Virus record (IMG/VR): IMGVR_UViG_3300020156_000448
Coordinates: 32,001-96,000 of that record
Reading direction: 5' to 3' (one strand)
DNA from: a virus
DNA length: 64,000 nucleotides
Shown here: positions 39,279 to 49,761 of the stretch, piece by piece
Layout of the letters: each line of letters begins with the position of its first letter
Position numbering within the stretch: position 1 is the stretch's first letter
The notes under the pieces: generated by a model
What the model saw: only the letters and a program-made list of their open reading frames with translations
Database searches by the model: none
What the model was told of the DNA's origin: nothing
Made by a program: the position numbers and the translations under genes

Positions 39279-39656
39279 TTACAAGCCTCTAATATTAATT
39301 TTAAGCTTACCATCCTGGGCATCCCCAAGTAATCTGGTAAGATTAATAGGTTGCTTTCTGGCTTTTTCTTCTGCCTCTGCATCTCTAACAACTACTCTAT
39401 TAGTCGTCTCAGGAGCAACTGGATTACCTTCCATAGCCTGCTTTTCAAGCTCTGCTGTAATAGCGTCTTTCTTTACAACCACTACCGTTCCTGAACGGTT
39501 GCACTGACAACAGAAAATCTCTCTTCTTGGTCTCAAATTAACTGGTGTGCCGCCGCTATCTGTTTTAATGATGGTGTGAATTTCGAATTCCACGCTACCA
39601 TTCCCACAATGCTGGCAATAATATTCATCTTGGCTTCCGAGAATTGGAATAGACAT
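39279..39656 (-). CDS. hypothetical zinc-ribbon protein
   Basis: CQHC...CCQC; GGAG RBS. Confidence 0.55.
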   Translation of the reverse strand: MSIPILGSQDEYYCQHCGNGSVEFEIHTIIKTDSGGTPVNLRPRREIFCCQCNRSGTVVVVKKDAITAELEKQAMEGNPVAPETTNRVVVRDAEAEEKARKQPINLTRLLGDAQDGKLKINIRGL

Positions 39657-39672
39657 TTGTTGCTCCTATATA

Positions 39673-40449
39673 TTATTTCTTTGTCTTGCTTTGTTTTACT
39701 ACATCTTTTGTATACTCTTTTTTTAGTTGAGCAGCAGACTTTTTTGTTTTCTTTTTATCAATCTTAACTGGAGGAGGCGTTTCTATAATATTTCTACCGA
39801 CAAGTTCCTCTTTGACCTTATCTACTTTTTTCTTGGCTCTTTGAATAGCATTATCTACGCTTTTGTTTTCAATATTAAGAGTTTCGGAGATTTCGTCATA
39901 AGACATATTTTCCAAATATAATTCAAAGACTTCTTTTTCCATTTTGGTTAAATGATTAAAGAAAACTGCTTTGATATACTCAGCATATTGTCTATCTTCG
40001 ATCTTTTTAGCGACAGAAAAATCACTTCCAAATGACGCAATCTTCTCGTGCTTATCACACTCATTGCCATCTTCATCGTAAAGCAAACTATCAATTGAAG
40101 AGGCATCATTTAGCATTCTATGCTTTTGACGACGACTTTCGTCCATCAAAGAAATAACTCTACGTCTAAAGAATATAAAAGCGAAGTATCTAAAAGTGGT
40201 GTTTGGTCGATAGTCGAATTTCTCGATTGCCTTCATTAGCATGATGGAGCATTCACTTTTAATATCATCTTCATCATAGCCTCTAACCCACCATCTGTAC
40301 TGGGTGTGGATTTTCTTAATATCAGGCTCAACTAAATTAAGAAGAAATTCGAAGGCATCGCTATCTCCAGCTTTCGCTAGTGTAACGTACCTTCGAATTT
40401 CTTCTTCTTTCGCCGTCATTTTCGGCGCTTCATTAAAATCTGGTTCCAT
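39673..40449 (-). CDS. sigH: RNA polymerase sigma factor, SigH-like
   Basis: AK.GD..A...L, GYDEDD...E....L.KAI.KFD....TF..FA, RQKHRMLN.A.S.D, LTKME..V..LYL..MSY.EI...L....KSVDNAIQRAKKK. Confidence 0.88.
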   Translation of the reverse strand: MEPDFNEAPKMTAKEEEIRRYVTLAKAGDSDAFEFLLNLVEPDIKKIHTQYRWWVRGYDEDDIKSECSIMLMKAIEKFDYRPNTTFRYFAFIFFRRRVISLMDESRRQKHRMLNDASSIDSLLYDEDGNECDKHEKIASFGSDFSVAKKIEDRQYAEYIKAVFFNHLTKMEKEVFELYLENMSYDEISETLNIENKSVDNAIQRAKKKVDKVKEELVGRNIIETPPPVKIDKKKTKKSAAQLKKEYTKDVVKQSKTKK

Positions 40450-40474
40450 ACTATGGTATCATGTGAGTTTGCCT

Positions 40475-41575
40475 TTAGGTATGATACATAGTCATTGCCT
40501 TTTGCAGTGCAACATCTACAAATATTCTAGGGTTTTGGTTATATACCAAATCTTTTGTAGAGCTACTTAATGTATATATAGTTCCAGCTAATCGCTGACT
40601 ATCAAAACATTGGCTCAAAGTCATTAGTTCATTTGCTTGCTCTTCGGATTGGTAATTTGGCAACACATTTACATCACCAGTTACTTTATAAGCATAAATA
40701 CCATACAGGTTTTCAATTACTTCATCGAGTATATTGGCTGCATTTATTGACGCCTTTTCTAATCCGTTGGTTATTTTCAATACCTTGCCCATATCTCGCT
40801 CAAGCAAAGCATAGAGTATGTGAATGATAAATCTATAATCAAACGAGTTTGTGATACTTGAAGCTACCTCTTTTACTATCCTTCCAGAGCCTGCTAAAAT
40901 AGCCTTCTCTAGCAAGGATAGGGCATCCCTCATCCCTCCTTTAGCGTTTTTGCTTATCAGGCGTAGAGCGACTTCTTCATACTCTATTCCTTCAGTTTTA
41001 CATACGCTTTTTAGTCGGTCAAGTATTTGTTCTGAGGTAAACTTGCTAAATTCAAAAGAAATACATCTACTAAGGATGGTTTCTGGTATTCGATCTGATC
41101 CAGTAGTGCATAAAACTATATAAGTGTGAGGAGGAGGTTCCTCTAAAAACTTCAGCAAGGCACCAAAAGCGTCGTTTGAGAGGTTTTGAAACTCGTCAAT
41201 GATAAGAACCCTATTTCTAACACTAAAAGACGCATAATTGGCGCTCTGCTTTAGTTTCTTAATATCATCGATGCCTCTGTTTGAGGCAGCATCTATTTCT
41301 ATGACACCATCACAAGTACCACGCTCTATAGATATGCAAGCATTACACTGCAAACACGGACTGCTAGTGCTTGTTTTTACGGTCTCGCAATTAAGGCACT
41401 TGGCAATAATTCTTGCGGAACTAGTCTTACCTGTTCCTTTTGGACCTCTCAGCATAGTGCAAAACGGTACTTGGTTATTATCGGCGGCGTACACCAAAGA
41501 ACTCACATTTAAGTATTGCCCTATAATTTCTTTAAGAGTCCTTGGTCTGTACTTATTCGGTAGATTCAGTGCCAC
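40475..41575 (-). CDS. dnaX: DNA polymerase III gamma/tau clamp loader
   Basis: KYRP..L.E.IGQ, GPKGTGKTS, C..C Zn module, EIDAASNRGID, IIDE, ETILSRC, GGMRDA; likely GTG start at 41575. Confidence 0.93.
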   Translation of the reverse strand: MALNLPNKYRPRTLKEIIGQYLNVSSLVYAADNNQVPFCTMLRGPKGTGKTSSARIIAKCLNCETVKTSTSSPCLQCNACISIERGTCDGVIEIDAASNRGIDDIKKLKQSANYASFSVRNRVLIIDEFQNLSNDAFGALLKFLEEPPPHTYIVLCTTGSDRIPETILSRCISFEFSKFTSEQILDRLKSVCKTEGIEYEEVALRLISKNAKGGMRDALSLLEKAILAGSGRIVKEVASSITNSFDYRFIIHILYALLERDMGKVLKITNGLEKASINAANILDEVIENLYGIYAYKVTGDVNVLPNYQSEEQANELMTLSQCFDSQRLAGTIYTLSSSTKDLVYNQNPRIFVDVALQKAMTMYHT

Positions 41576-42188
41576 CTTTTTTCCTTTCAAGGAAGGCTTT
41601 ATATTCTTGGATTAAGCTTGAAGCACCTTCGTAATCCTTTTCTTGCAGCTTTGCTCTAATTAATGAAGAGTACGGCTGTGTATCTCCGATAATTTTAGCG
41701 CAACTCTGAGGATTTAGAGCTTTGTGAGCCTTGGCTTTTCTGCCTCTTACGTGATGATACTTAGCCTTTTCTTCAATAAACTGCCAGTAATCAAGATGTT
41801 CACGTAATTTAACGCAGTTCTGTGACCATGCTACTGTCATTTCAAGCATAAATTCCATCTTGCATACAAAGAAATCAATCAATTCTTCACAGCTTTTAAA
41901 AGAGGGGAAATTATCTTGTTTATATGCGTTTATAAAGTCATCCAACTCTTGCTCTTCTATAAATATAGAAGGGTCTTCTTCATTTTCTGAATTATCATCT
42001 ATTCCCTTATGCTCTTCGAACATCAAGGTGATTTTTGTCCATACCATCTCGTCTGCCAAAATATACAAACCTTCGTCAGTAAAGTTTGACAGACTGGTTA
42101 AAACGCGAGAAGGAATATTTTCTGTAGACAGATTGTTTATGTTGTCTATGAACCATTTTCCAGCCAACGTATTATACACACTTTTCAT
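41553..42188 (-). CDS. hypothetical protein
   Basis: 211-aa ORF in an operon; no motif recognised. Confidence 0.55.
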   Translation of the reverse strand: MKSVYNTLAGKWFIDNINNLSTENIPSRVLTSLSNFTDEGLYILADEMVWTKITLMFEEHKGIDDNSENEEDPSIFIEEQELDDFINAYKQDNFPSFKSCEELIDFFVCKMEFMLEMTVAWSQNCVKLREHLDYWQFIEEKAKYHHVRGRKAKAHKALNPQSCAKIIGDTQPYSSLIRAKLQEKDYEGASSLIQEYKAFLERKKGGTESTE

Positions 42189-42217
42189 AAGAGCCTCAAG
42201 AACTAGTTTTTATAGTG

Positions 42218-42925
42218 CTAAGCACTATCTTCTTTAAGAAAATTTCGTGCAAATTCCTTTGCATCCTCTTGTAAATCAACAATTGTGGAGTTGTTATCCA
42301 CACTATGATTAACACGAGAGTCTGAAATTAGCATGCCTGATTTTTCGCTTATATGACCATCAGTATTGGCTATTTCCGCTTCTTTTCTATATATGTCTAC
42401 CAAATAATCCAAAAAATTAGTCTCATTAGGATATCTAATATCAGGAACAAGAACTACCAATTTATGCTGTGGATACTTTTGACTTAACGTATTTAATTCT
42501 TTAATGGCGTTCATTCTCAAGGAATTGACCCATATATCAAAGTCAAATCCCTCTCTCATGACTTCAGTACCAAAATACTGAAGAATGTCTCTTGCTGTCA
42601 TTTTGCCTTGTTTGCCGTACTTATTATCGGCTTTCCAATCCCACAGTGTTGGGGATTCTTTTTGTGCTTGAGTACCATACATCTGTTCATCAGACAGACC
42701 AAATATGCACTTTGCAGCGGATTTTAATGGATCAGCTAGGGACATTTTAGTAGCATGAATACCATGTTCAAATCGATCTACATTATTGATCTCTTCAATA
42801 AAAGCATCAGCCCATGTATCTTTGCCACTGCGCTTGCCGCTCTTTCGAGCGGCAACCCCAATGTACGTAATTTCTTTATGCAACTTCACAACTTCTTTCT
42901 TGAGACGCAAACACAACTTTGTCAT
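42218..42925 (-). CDS. deoxynucleoside monophosphate kinase (T4 gp1-like)
   Basis: GKRSGKDT, LADPLK, R.ILQYFGTEV.R, DIWV, DIRYPNE, HISE, NNST; true start probably near 42880. Confidence 0.85.
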   Translation of the reverse strand: MTKLCLRLKKEVVKLHKEITYIGVAARKSGKRSGKDTWADAFIEEINNVDRFEHGIHATKMSLADPLKSAAKCIFGLSDEQMYGTQAQKESPTLWDWKADNKYGKQGKMTARDILQYFGTEVMREGFDFDIWVNSLRMNAIKELNTLSQKYPQHKLVVLVPDIRYPNETNFLDYLVDIYRKEAEIANTDGHISEKSGMLISDSRVNHSVDNNSTIVDLQEDAKEFARNFLKEDSA

Positions 42926-45398
42926 CTTCTAAGTCTGCGATCACTAGTCTCTTCTCTAAACTCTCATCCAAGTCCAAAAGGAATTCGGATAGAGGGTCCA
43001 ATACTACAGTTTGGAAAATTCTCTTTAAAGGTCTGAATCCATACTCTTCATCATAACCTTCTTTAATCAACTTATCTTTAATTGATTGAGTTAATTCAAG
43101 ATGAAGATTCTGTTCGCCAAGATTCTTGGAATTATACTTATTAATATGGATATCCAATATTTCGTAGCAATCTTCTTTGCTTAGATGACGGAATACGTGA
43201 ATTCCATCTAATCTGTTAAGAAATTCTGCTCTAAACTGCTTTTTAGCAGCTTCCATATAGCGCTCTTTTTCGCGTTCTGCATTTTCTTCAACGCCATTAT
43301 TTTGAACAAGACCAACTACTTTATTCTTAACCTTTTTCGAACCTACATTTGAGGTCATGATAATAACAGCGTTCTTGAATGAGATAACATTCTTTTTACT
43401 GTCAGTGATCCGACCTTCTTCTAGAATTTGAAGGAAAGCCATCAGTACATCAGGATGAGCTTTTTCAATTTCATCTACAAGAATAACTGTATATGGACGA
43501 CGACGAAGCGGTTCAAAGACACCAGCGTTATCATGACCAATATATCCTGGAGCAGCACCTGTAAGCCTTGCTGCATCATGACGTTCCTGGTATTCCGACA
43601 TATCAAGGGTGAGAAGTGCGTTTTCGTCACCGAATACATAATCAGCAAGAGCCTTTGCAAGTTCAGTCTTTCCGACGCCTGTTGGACCTAGGAATAAGAA
43701 GCTTCCCATAGGCTTGTTAGGCTCTTTTAGACCTGTGCGACTTCTCTTCATTGCTCTCGAAAGGGCAGCAATTGCCTCTTTCTGAGAAACGACGCGCTTG
43801 GCTAATTCTGCGTCCATATTTTTATACTTAGCTTTATCTTCTTCGCTACGAAGCTTTGTAAGAGGAACGCTGGTCATTGTAGATACTACTTGTAAAACTT
43901 CATCTGTTTCTACCAGATATGACTTTTCTTTAACTTTGTTAAGCCACTCTTTATTTTCTTTGCGCAGAATAATTTCCAAATCAGTTTTACGCTGATCAAG
44001 CTCTTCGCATTTTTCAAATGCTTCCTCTAGAACCAAAGCATTCCACTTGGTATCAAGTTCAGCAATTTCTTCTTCAATCTTGATAATATTTTCTGGCTTA
44101 TCAAGAATGCGAAGCTTAGCGCGTGCGCCTACTTCATCAATAATATCAATTGCTTTATCGGGGAAATTTCTATCTGGAATATACTTATCAGCAAGTCTAA
44201 CAGCTTCAAGAAGCGCGGAGTCCTGATATGTAACTCCGTGGAAATCCTCATACTTAGGTTTTAGACCTTTAAGAATTTCCAAAGTCTGATCACGATTAGT
44301 AGCATTCACAACGATTGGCTGAAATCTTCTATCTAGAGCACGATCTTTCTCGATAAACTTACGATATTCCTCAGTTGTTGTCAAACCGATGAGGCGGAGG
44401 GTTCCACGAGCCAACGGCTGCTTAATCATGTTAGAAGCGTCTATAGAACCTTCAGCAGCGCCAGCGCCAGCCAGTGTATGCATTTCATCTACAACAGCGA
44501 TGATATTAGGATCATCTTCTAACTCTTTAATAAGCTGCTTTAATCTCTCTTCAAACTGACCACGATATTTTGTACCAGCAACAAGAGAGCCTAAATCTAC
44601 CGAACATAGACGCTTATCTCTTAATGACTCAGGGGCATCCTGCGAAACAATTTTGAGAGCCAAACCTTCAACAATGGCACTCTTTCCTGTTCCTGATTCA
44701 CCAATCAAAACAGGGTTATTTTTGCTTTTGCGTGCAAGAATCTGTAGCAAACGTTGTAATTCTGCCTCTCTTCCAATCATTGGATCGAGCTTACCCTGTT
44801 TTGCTCTTTCGGTTAAATCAACACAGTATGCATCAATAGCACTTCCCTTAGGAGCCTTCTTATTAGAAGTGCGTGAATTCGCGGACGGTGTAGCAAGACC
44901 AGCTTCGCGGCTTGGAGTTTCAACTATTCTATCAGAAATAGTTCCCGCATTATTAATTATATCAATGTACTGCTGACGAGCAATCTCAAACGTTAGTCCA
45001 AATTTGGCTAAAATATCAGAAGCTCTGGAATCGCCCCGCAGTACTGCTAGTAAGAAGTGCCCAGTGCAAGTAAGGTCATGTTGTAAATCTCGTGAAATTT
45101 TCTCAGAATCTTCAAGAACAAAGATAAGCTCTTTGGTAAAAGCAGGCTGTGAAATAACAGCTTCCATTAATTCATTTTTGCTAATTTTGGCGAATGTTCC
45201 ATAAAGCTCTTTGCGAAGAGCCTTAATTGAGGTATCGCATTCTTGAAGAAGTGTATAACCAACACCAGCTTTCAAGTCAATCATTGCGACAAGAAAATGC
45301 TCAATCGTAATGTTATCACTGCTATTATTCTTTGCAAGCTTACTTGCCAAGATATTGCAGTCCATAAACTTATTCGAAGGTTCTCTTGGTTCTCTCAT
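42876..45398 (-). CDS. clpC: ATP-dependent Clp protease ATP-binding subunit
   Basis: Clp N-repeats, two AAA+ modules (GESGTGKS; GPTGVGKT), UVR-type middle coil, VGL ClpP-docking loop. Confidence 0.95.
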   Translation of the reverse strand: MREPREPSNKFMDCNILASKLAKNNSSDNITIEHFLVAMIDLKAGVGYTLLQECDTSIKALRKELYGTFAKISKNELMEAVISQPAFTKELIFVLEDSEKISRDLQHDLTCTGHFLLAVLRGDSRASDILAKFGLTFEIARQQYIDIINNAGTISDRIVETPSREAGLATPSANSRTSNKKAPKGSAIDAYCVDLTERAKQGKLDPMIGREAELQRLLQILARKSKNNPVLIGESGTGKSAIVEGLALKIVSQDAPESLRDKRLCSVDLGSLVAGTKYRGQFEERLKQLIKELEDDPNIIAVVDEMHTLAGAGAAEGSIDASNMIKQPLARGTLRLIGLTTTEEYRKFIEKDRALDRRFQPIVVNATNRDQTLEILKGLKPKYEDFHGVTYQDSALLEAVRLADKYIPDRNFPDKAIDIIDEVGARAKLRILDKPENIIKIEEEIAELDTKWNALVLEEAFEKCEELDQRKTDLEIILRKENKEWLNKVKEKSYLVETDEVLQVVSTMTSVPLTKLRSEEDKAKYKNMDAELAKRVVSQKEAIAALSRAMKRSRTGLKEPNKPMGSFLFLGPTGVGKTELAKALADYVFGDENALLTLDMSEYQERHDAARLTGAAPGYIGHDNAGVFEPLRRRPYTVILVDEIEKAHPDVLMAFLQILEEGRITDSKKNVISFKNAVIIMTSNVGSKKVKNKVVGLVQNNGVEENAEREKERYMEAAKKQFRAEFLNRLDGIHVFRHLSKEDCYEILDIHINKYNSKNLGEQNLHLELTQSIKDKLIKEGYDEEYGFRPLKRIFQTVVLDPLSEFLLDLDESLEKRLVIADLEDDKVVFASQERSCEVA

Positions 45399-45427
45399 AT
45401 ATTATGTTTCCCAATTACATATTTGGT

Positions 45428-45694
45428 TTAACTGCGTGAGCAAACTTGCTCAATGCGCTGTTCTGGTAAAACGGCTTGGGAACGATATACTTCTTTTCCA
45501 TTCTTCTGTATTACAAATAGTGGAACATCGTCTTCGTTTTTTACACCGTATGATTTGATTACATTTAAATGCTTGCTATTATTCACGTCATACAGTTCAT
45601 AATTGTATTTATCTGCTATTAAAAATATTTGCATCTTACAACGATGGCAATGACCGTTACTAATTATGATAATTTTAATATTTTCAGGGATCAT
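45428..45694 (-). CDS. thioredoxin/glutaredoxin-like protein
   Basis: CHRC active site; VP cis-Pro; ..NGKEV.R. Confidence 0.65.
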   Translation of the reverse strand: MIPENIKIIIISNGHCHRCKMQIFLIADKYNYELYDVNNSKHLNVIKSYGVKNEDDVPLFVIQKNGKEVYRSQAVLPEQRIEQVCSRS

Positions 45695-45696
45695 TA

Positions 45697-46497
45697 CTAA
45701 CCTCTTAAATATTTTAATTTGCTATTAAAAGTTTCGATTACATCAATAAAATCTTTTGGTAAATATTCTTTTACTTTATCTGTTGTCTCGGAATCAATAT
45801 CACCATAATATGCTTCTGCAATATTGCCTGCAATGCATGCCATAGTATCTGTATCGCCATTTAAACACACAGCCTTACGAATAGCATCTTCTACAGATTC
45901 AGATTCTAAAAACGCAATAATCGATTCAGGTACACTTTCTTGACAAGAAACTCTAAATCCATAGTTACCCTTAATATCATCATAACTTCTCGATAGATCA
46001 TATCCAATAACGTGCTCTATCACTTCTTTAATATGATCTTTAGGAACATGTTGCTTTGCTAAGAAGATTGCGCCAGCGGTAGCCTTTGCCCCCTTGATGC
46101 CCTCTGGGTGATTATGAGTAATGCTTGCGCTTGCTTCCGCTTCTATCATACAAAACTCCCAAGATTTAGCCGCATAACCAACAGCAGCCACCCTCATAGC
46201 AGAACCGTTACCATAACTATTATAAGGTTCTGAGCGTGATGCTTGAACCCATTTTACAAAGTTTCCACCGTAGCCTGCACTTGGATATTTATGAGCATAT
46301 TCTTTTGCCTTTTCAGCCCACGAATATTTATTATTAATACTATCTGCTTGGGCTACCATTAAAACTGTATCGTCTGTGAAAGTACATCCTTCTGCAAACA
46401 ATTCAAAATCATAAGGAATAGAGGCTGTCTTCTTCTGCCAAGCACTTCTTTCAAATCTGGAGCCTACGATATCTCCTAAAATCCCACCGTATAACAT
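45697..46497 (-). CDS. ADP-ribosylglycohydrolase (DraG/ARH family)
   Basis: GDI.GS.FE, TDDT, SYGNGSAMR, TH.HP, GDTDT. Confidence 0.92.
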   Translation of the reverse strand: MLYGGILGDIVGSRFERSAWQKKTASIPYDFELFAEGCTFTDDTVLMVAQADSINNKYSWAEKAKEYAHKYPSAGYGGNFVKWVQASRSEPYNSYGNGSAMRVAAVGYAAKSWEFCMIEAEASASITHNHPEGIKGAKATAGAIFLAKQHVPKDHIKEVIEHVIGYDLSRSYDDIKGNYGFRVSCQESVPESIIAFLESESVEDAIRKAVCLNGDTDTMACIAGNIAEAYYGDIDSETTDKVKEYLPKDFIDVIETFNSKLKYLRG

Positions 46498-46514
46498 ATA
46501 TTTTCCTTTAAAAT

Positions 46515-46545
46515 AAAAAAATGGCGCATACTTATGTATACGCCA
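46515..46545 (-). terminator. Rho-independent terminator
   Basis: TGGCGTATAC-ATAA-GTATGCGCCA followed by T7 on the minus strand. Confidence 0.8.
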
Positions 46546-46553
46546 AACTTTAA

Positions 46554-46850
46554 TTAATATTCTTCCTCACTATGTCTACCATCTAGTGCCGCTACATGAA
46601 ACCCAATCAATGGCTCTTCAGCCTCAACGTCTTCACTATACTCACATTCATGAGGATCATTCTCATATATATAATCCACTTGCTCTTGCGTTAATTCCAC
46701 ATTAGATGCAATAATCATATAGTATGCGCCTTTTGAATCAGCAGCGCCTGTATCAATAGCCGTTACAAACTTCTCCCCAAATGTCTGGAGCAATAGTTTT
46801 ATTTTTTCCACATCATGATGCAGAACATTTAAAACAAGTATTCTTTTCAT
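46554..46850 (-). CDS. hypothetical acidic protein
   Basis: ORF between two terminators. Confidence 0.55.
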   Translation of the reverse strand: MKRILVLNVLHHDVEKIKLLLQTFGEKFVTAIDTGAADSKGAYYMIIASNVELTQEQVDYIYENDPHECEYSEDVEAEEPLIGFHVAALDGRHSEEEY

Positions 46851-46864
46851 ATTTTTCTTTCTAT

Positions 46865-46904
46865 AAAAGAAAAGCCTCTCTCATCAAAAATAGTGAGAGA
46901 GGCT
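46865..46904 (-). terminator. Rho-independent terminator after nrdJ
   Basis: AGCCTCTCTCA/TGAGAGAGGCT stem plus TTTTCTTTT on the minus strand. Confidence 0.82.
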
Positions 46905-46912
46905 CTGTTAAT

Positions 46913-49378
46913 TTACATGCACTTAGAAGCACCGCAGTTTTTACAAACTTGACACCCGTTCTCACGAATAATAGCATCTTGCTTACATTCAGCGCAAGTG
47001 GTTCCACTTACTTCACTGCCATCAGCGATGTATTTCTTTAAGGTGCGAGCAAGCACCTTAGAAAAGCTCTGCAAATCACCGCGGGTTTTTTCAAGCTGCG
47101 CTACTACGAAATTACAATCAGCGCCATGACGAAGTGCTGTTGAAATCATACGTGTCAGAGCATCTTTTTCATCGTTATGTCTAGATGTTAAAGAATACGT
47201 TTGATCTCCAGAAACTAACTCATATCTGCCACGAGCACGTTTAACCACTACACCTTCGGTTACTGTCTTCGGAATAATAATTTCTCCCTCAGAATCGTGA
47301 TTCATATCTGCAAATATTTCATACGGATCGCCATCAAGCAAGCCAACTGCAACATAATAACGAATCCCTTTAGCTGTTGCATGATGCACTTCAGCAGGCA
47401 TTGACTCTTTACGCTTTGGAGCTTTTGTCTTAGTGATCTTGTCTTCGGAAACTACAGCAACAGCTTTGGAAGTGTCAACTAACACACCATCTCTACAGCC
47501 AGAACGATATACAGTTATACCCTTGAGACCCGATTTCCACGCTGCTTCATAAATCTCAGCAACCTTTTCTACAGTAACGTTATTAGGTAGATTAATAGTG
47601 CTTGAAATTGCGTGACAAACATGCTTTTGAGCAGCAGCTTGAAGTTTTACGCGATTTACCCAATCAATATCCTCTGCACAGCAGCCTGCCCATGGAGATT
47701 TGGATTCATCATCATTGCCCGTAATATCCATCCACATTTTAACTTTAGGATGATATACTTTAAACTCTTGCCAAGCATCACCAGTTTTATCAATAAAGTC
47801 AATTCTAACATTCTTATCGCTAGGATTAACCTTTTTGCGTCTGGTGTAGCCCATCATAAATACAGGCTCAATTCCAGAAGATGTCTGCGTCTCAATAGAA
47901 ACACTTCCAGCAGGAGCAGTTGTCAAAAGAGCGATATTGCGACGACCATATTTTTGCATGTCGGCAAATAACTCAGGGTCTTCTTCAGCAATTCTTTGTA
48001 TATATTCGCAATTCTTTTCAGCTTCAGCGCTATATACCTTAAATGATCCAAGCTCCATTGCCATATCAACAGATGAACGATAAGCGCCAAGCTTTAAGGT
48101 CTTATAAATCTTCTCCGTCATCTCAATACTATCATCAGAACCATATCTTACGCCACAGGCAGCAACAGCATCGCCTAGAGCGGTAATTCCAGTTCCAGTT
48201 CTACGACCTTCAACACAGAAACGAAGCACATCATGCCACATTCTTAGTTCACGATGTTTCGTGTCTGCATCTTCTGGATCGTTTTCAACTTTTTTGATAA
48301 TAGCTTCAATCTTTTCAGCTTCAAGATCAACCAGATCATCCATGAGTCTCTGAGCAATCTTGGAATCTTCATAGAAGCGCTCATAATCAAAATAAGCTTT
48401 TTCTGCGAATGGATTGACTACATAACTAAATAAATTTAGAAGAAGTAGACGACAGCTATCAAGAGGAGATAAGTTAATCTCGCTACAAGGATTAGTTCCA
48501 CGACTTCTGTATTCCTCATAATAATCAGCAGGGGTATTCTTGGTTACGTTATCCCAAAAAAGAAGACCTGGCTCTGCCATTTCATGAGCATTTTTAATTA
48601 TCTCAATCCATACTTCTCTTGCGCGTACCATCTGAGAAACTACTGGCTTTTCTCCTGGCTTTAAAACAACAGGAAAACGTAGTTCGTACTCTTCATCATT
48701 TTGAACAGCGTTTAAGAATTCATCAGTTAAACGTAATGAAATGTTAGCTCCTGTTACCTTAGTGCGATCATTCTTAATTCTAGTAAAATCTAAAACCTGA
48801 GGATGATGCACAGACAATGTGAGCATTAATGCGCCACGTCTTCCAGCCTGCCCAACTTCTCGAATGGAATTTGAATAACGCTCCATAAAAGGCAAAATGC
48901 CAGTACTCGTTCTTGAAGAGTTCTTGGTCGGCATGCCTGCTGGTCTGATTTCTGACAAATCAACACCTGTGCCGCCACGACGCTTTGAAATCTGAACAAG
49001 CTGCTCATCAACCTTCATCACGCCGCCATAAGAATCTTCTGGAACATCCAAAAGGTAACAGTTACTTAAGCTGATTGTTTGATATGTATTACCGATACCA
49101 TACATTGGGCTTCCCTGAGGAACAATGTATTTAAATCTATCCAAAAGATTAAATATATACTCTTCTGATAAGGGTTTTTTAAACTTACCCTTTTCGATTC
49201 TAGCAAATTCCTTCGCGATACGCCTGTGCATATCCGCAGGTGTTAATTCAACCAGATTTAACTCCGCGTCTCTTAAAGCATACTTATCCACAAATACTTT
49301 TGCAGCGAGTTCATCTCCGCCAAAGTATTCTAAAGATGCTTCAAACGCTTCTTGATCTGAGTAAATCTTCTTTTCCAT
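46913..49378 (-). CDS. nrdJ: ribonucleoside-diphosphate reductase class II (adenosylcobalamin-dependent)
   Basis: SNCY, GGTG, TNPCSEI, T.APAGS.S, SSGIEP, ISSTIN, KGITVYR.G.R; C-terminal TSCPD-like and Cys-cluster tail; no beta subunit nearby. Confidence 0.92.
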   Translation of the reverse strand: MEKKIYSDQEAFEASLEYFGGDELAAKVFVDKYALRDAELNLVELTPADMHRRIAKEFARIEKGKFKKPLSEEYIFNLLDRFKYIVPQGSPMYGIGNTYQTISLSNCYLLDVPEDSYGGVMKVDEQLVQISKRRGGTGVDLSEIRPAGMPTKNSSRTSTGILPFMERYSNSIREVGQAGRRGALMLTLSVHHPQVLDFTRIKNDRTKVTGANISLRLTDEFLNAVQNDEEYELRFPVVLKPGEKPVVSQMVRAREVWIEIIKNAHEMAEPGLLFWDNVTKNTPADYYEEYRSRGTNPCSEINLSPLDSCRLLLLNLFSYVVNPFAEKAYFDYERFYEDSKIAQRLMDDLVDLEAEKIEAIIKKVENDPEDADTKHRELRMWHDVLRFCVEGRRTGTGITALGDAVAACGVRYGSDDSIEMTEKIYKTLKLGAYRSSVDMAMELGSFKVYSAEAEKNCEYIQRIAEEDPELFADMQKYGRRNIALLTTAPAGSVSIETQTSSGIEPVFMMGYTRRKKVNPSDKNVRIDFIDKTGDAWQEFKVYHPKVKMWMDITGNDDESKSPWAGCCAEDIDWVNRVKLQAAAQKHVCHAISSTINLPNNVTVEKVAEIYEAAWKSGLKGITVYRSGCRDGVLVDTSKAVAVVSEDKITKTKAPKRKESMPAEVHHATAKGIRYYVAVGLLDGDPYEIFADMNHDSEGEIIIPKTVTEGVVVKRARGRYELVSGDQTYSLTSRHNDEKDALTRMISTALRHGADCNFVVAQLEKTRGDLQSFSKVLARTLKKYIADGSEVSGTTCAECKQDAIIRENGCQVCKNCGASKCM

Positions 49379-49395
49379 TCTTATATTTCTCCTAC

Positions 49396-49749
49396 TTATT
49401 CCGCATACTTAAACTTATTATCATCAAAAAACTTTCCATCTTTATAATTCTCATCAAAGGGATTAATACCACTATCCTGTTGTGGAATAGCACCTTCGTA
49501 GTTTTGAAGAGTTAATTTAAAACCTCTTCCACTAACTACTCTGCCATTCATTAATGCCGCTGTACGAGACATTTCTTCTGCTATGTCCATACCTGTCTCA
49601 AACTTAAAGACCTCGGCGGTCAATGGAACTCTAACCTTCTTTTGGTTTTGTTCACAAATTCCGTCAATTAAAATAACTGGATTCCCAGTGTTATCAAACT
49701 GCGCATTTTCAACAATAATTGTATAAGTATTGTAGCCTTTCATATTCAT
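49396..49749 (-). CDS. hypothetical protein
   Basis: GAGGTG RBS; first gene of the nrdJ unit. Confidence 0.6.
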   Translation of the reverse strand: MNMKGYNTYTIIVENAQFDNTGNPVILIDGICEQNQKKVRVPLTAEVFKFETGMDIAEEMSRTAALMNGRVVSGRGFKLTLQNYEGAIPQQDSGINPFDENYKDGKFFDDNKFKYAE

Positions 49750-49761
49750 AATTCACCTCTA

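Noticed and set aside
46913-49378. Intein or intron in RNR (also checked TerL, RecA and helicase)
   Set aside because: Lengths are normal and no intein C/S...HN-C/S/T or LAGLIDADG blocks were seen; the TerL insert is a short Zn ribbon.
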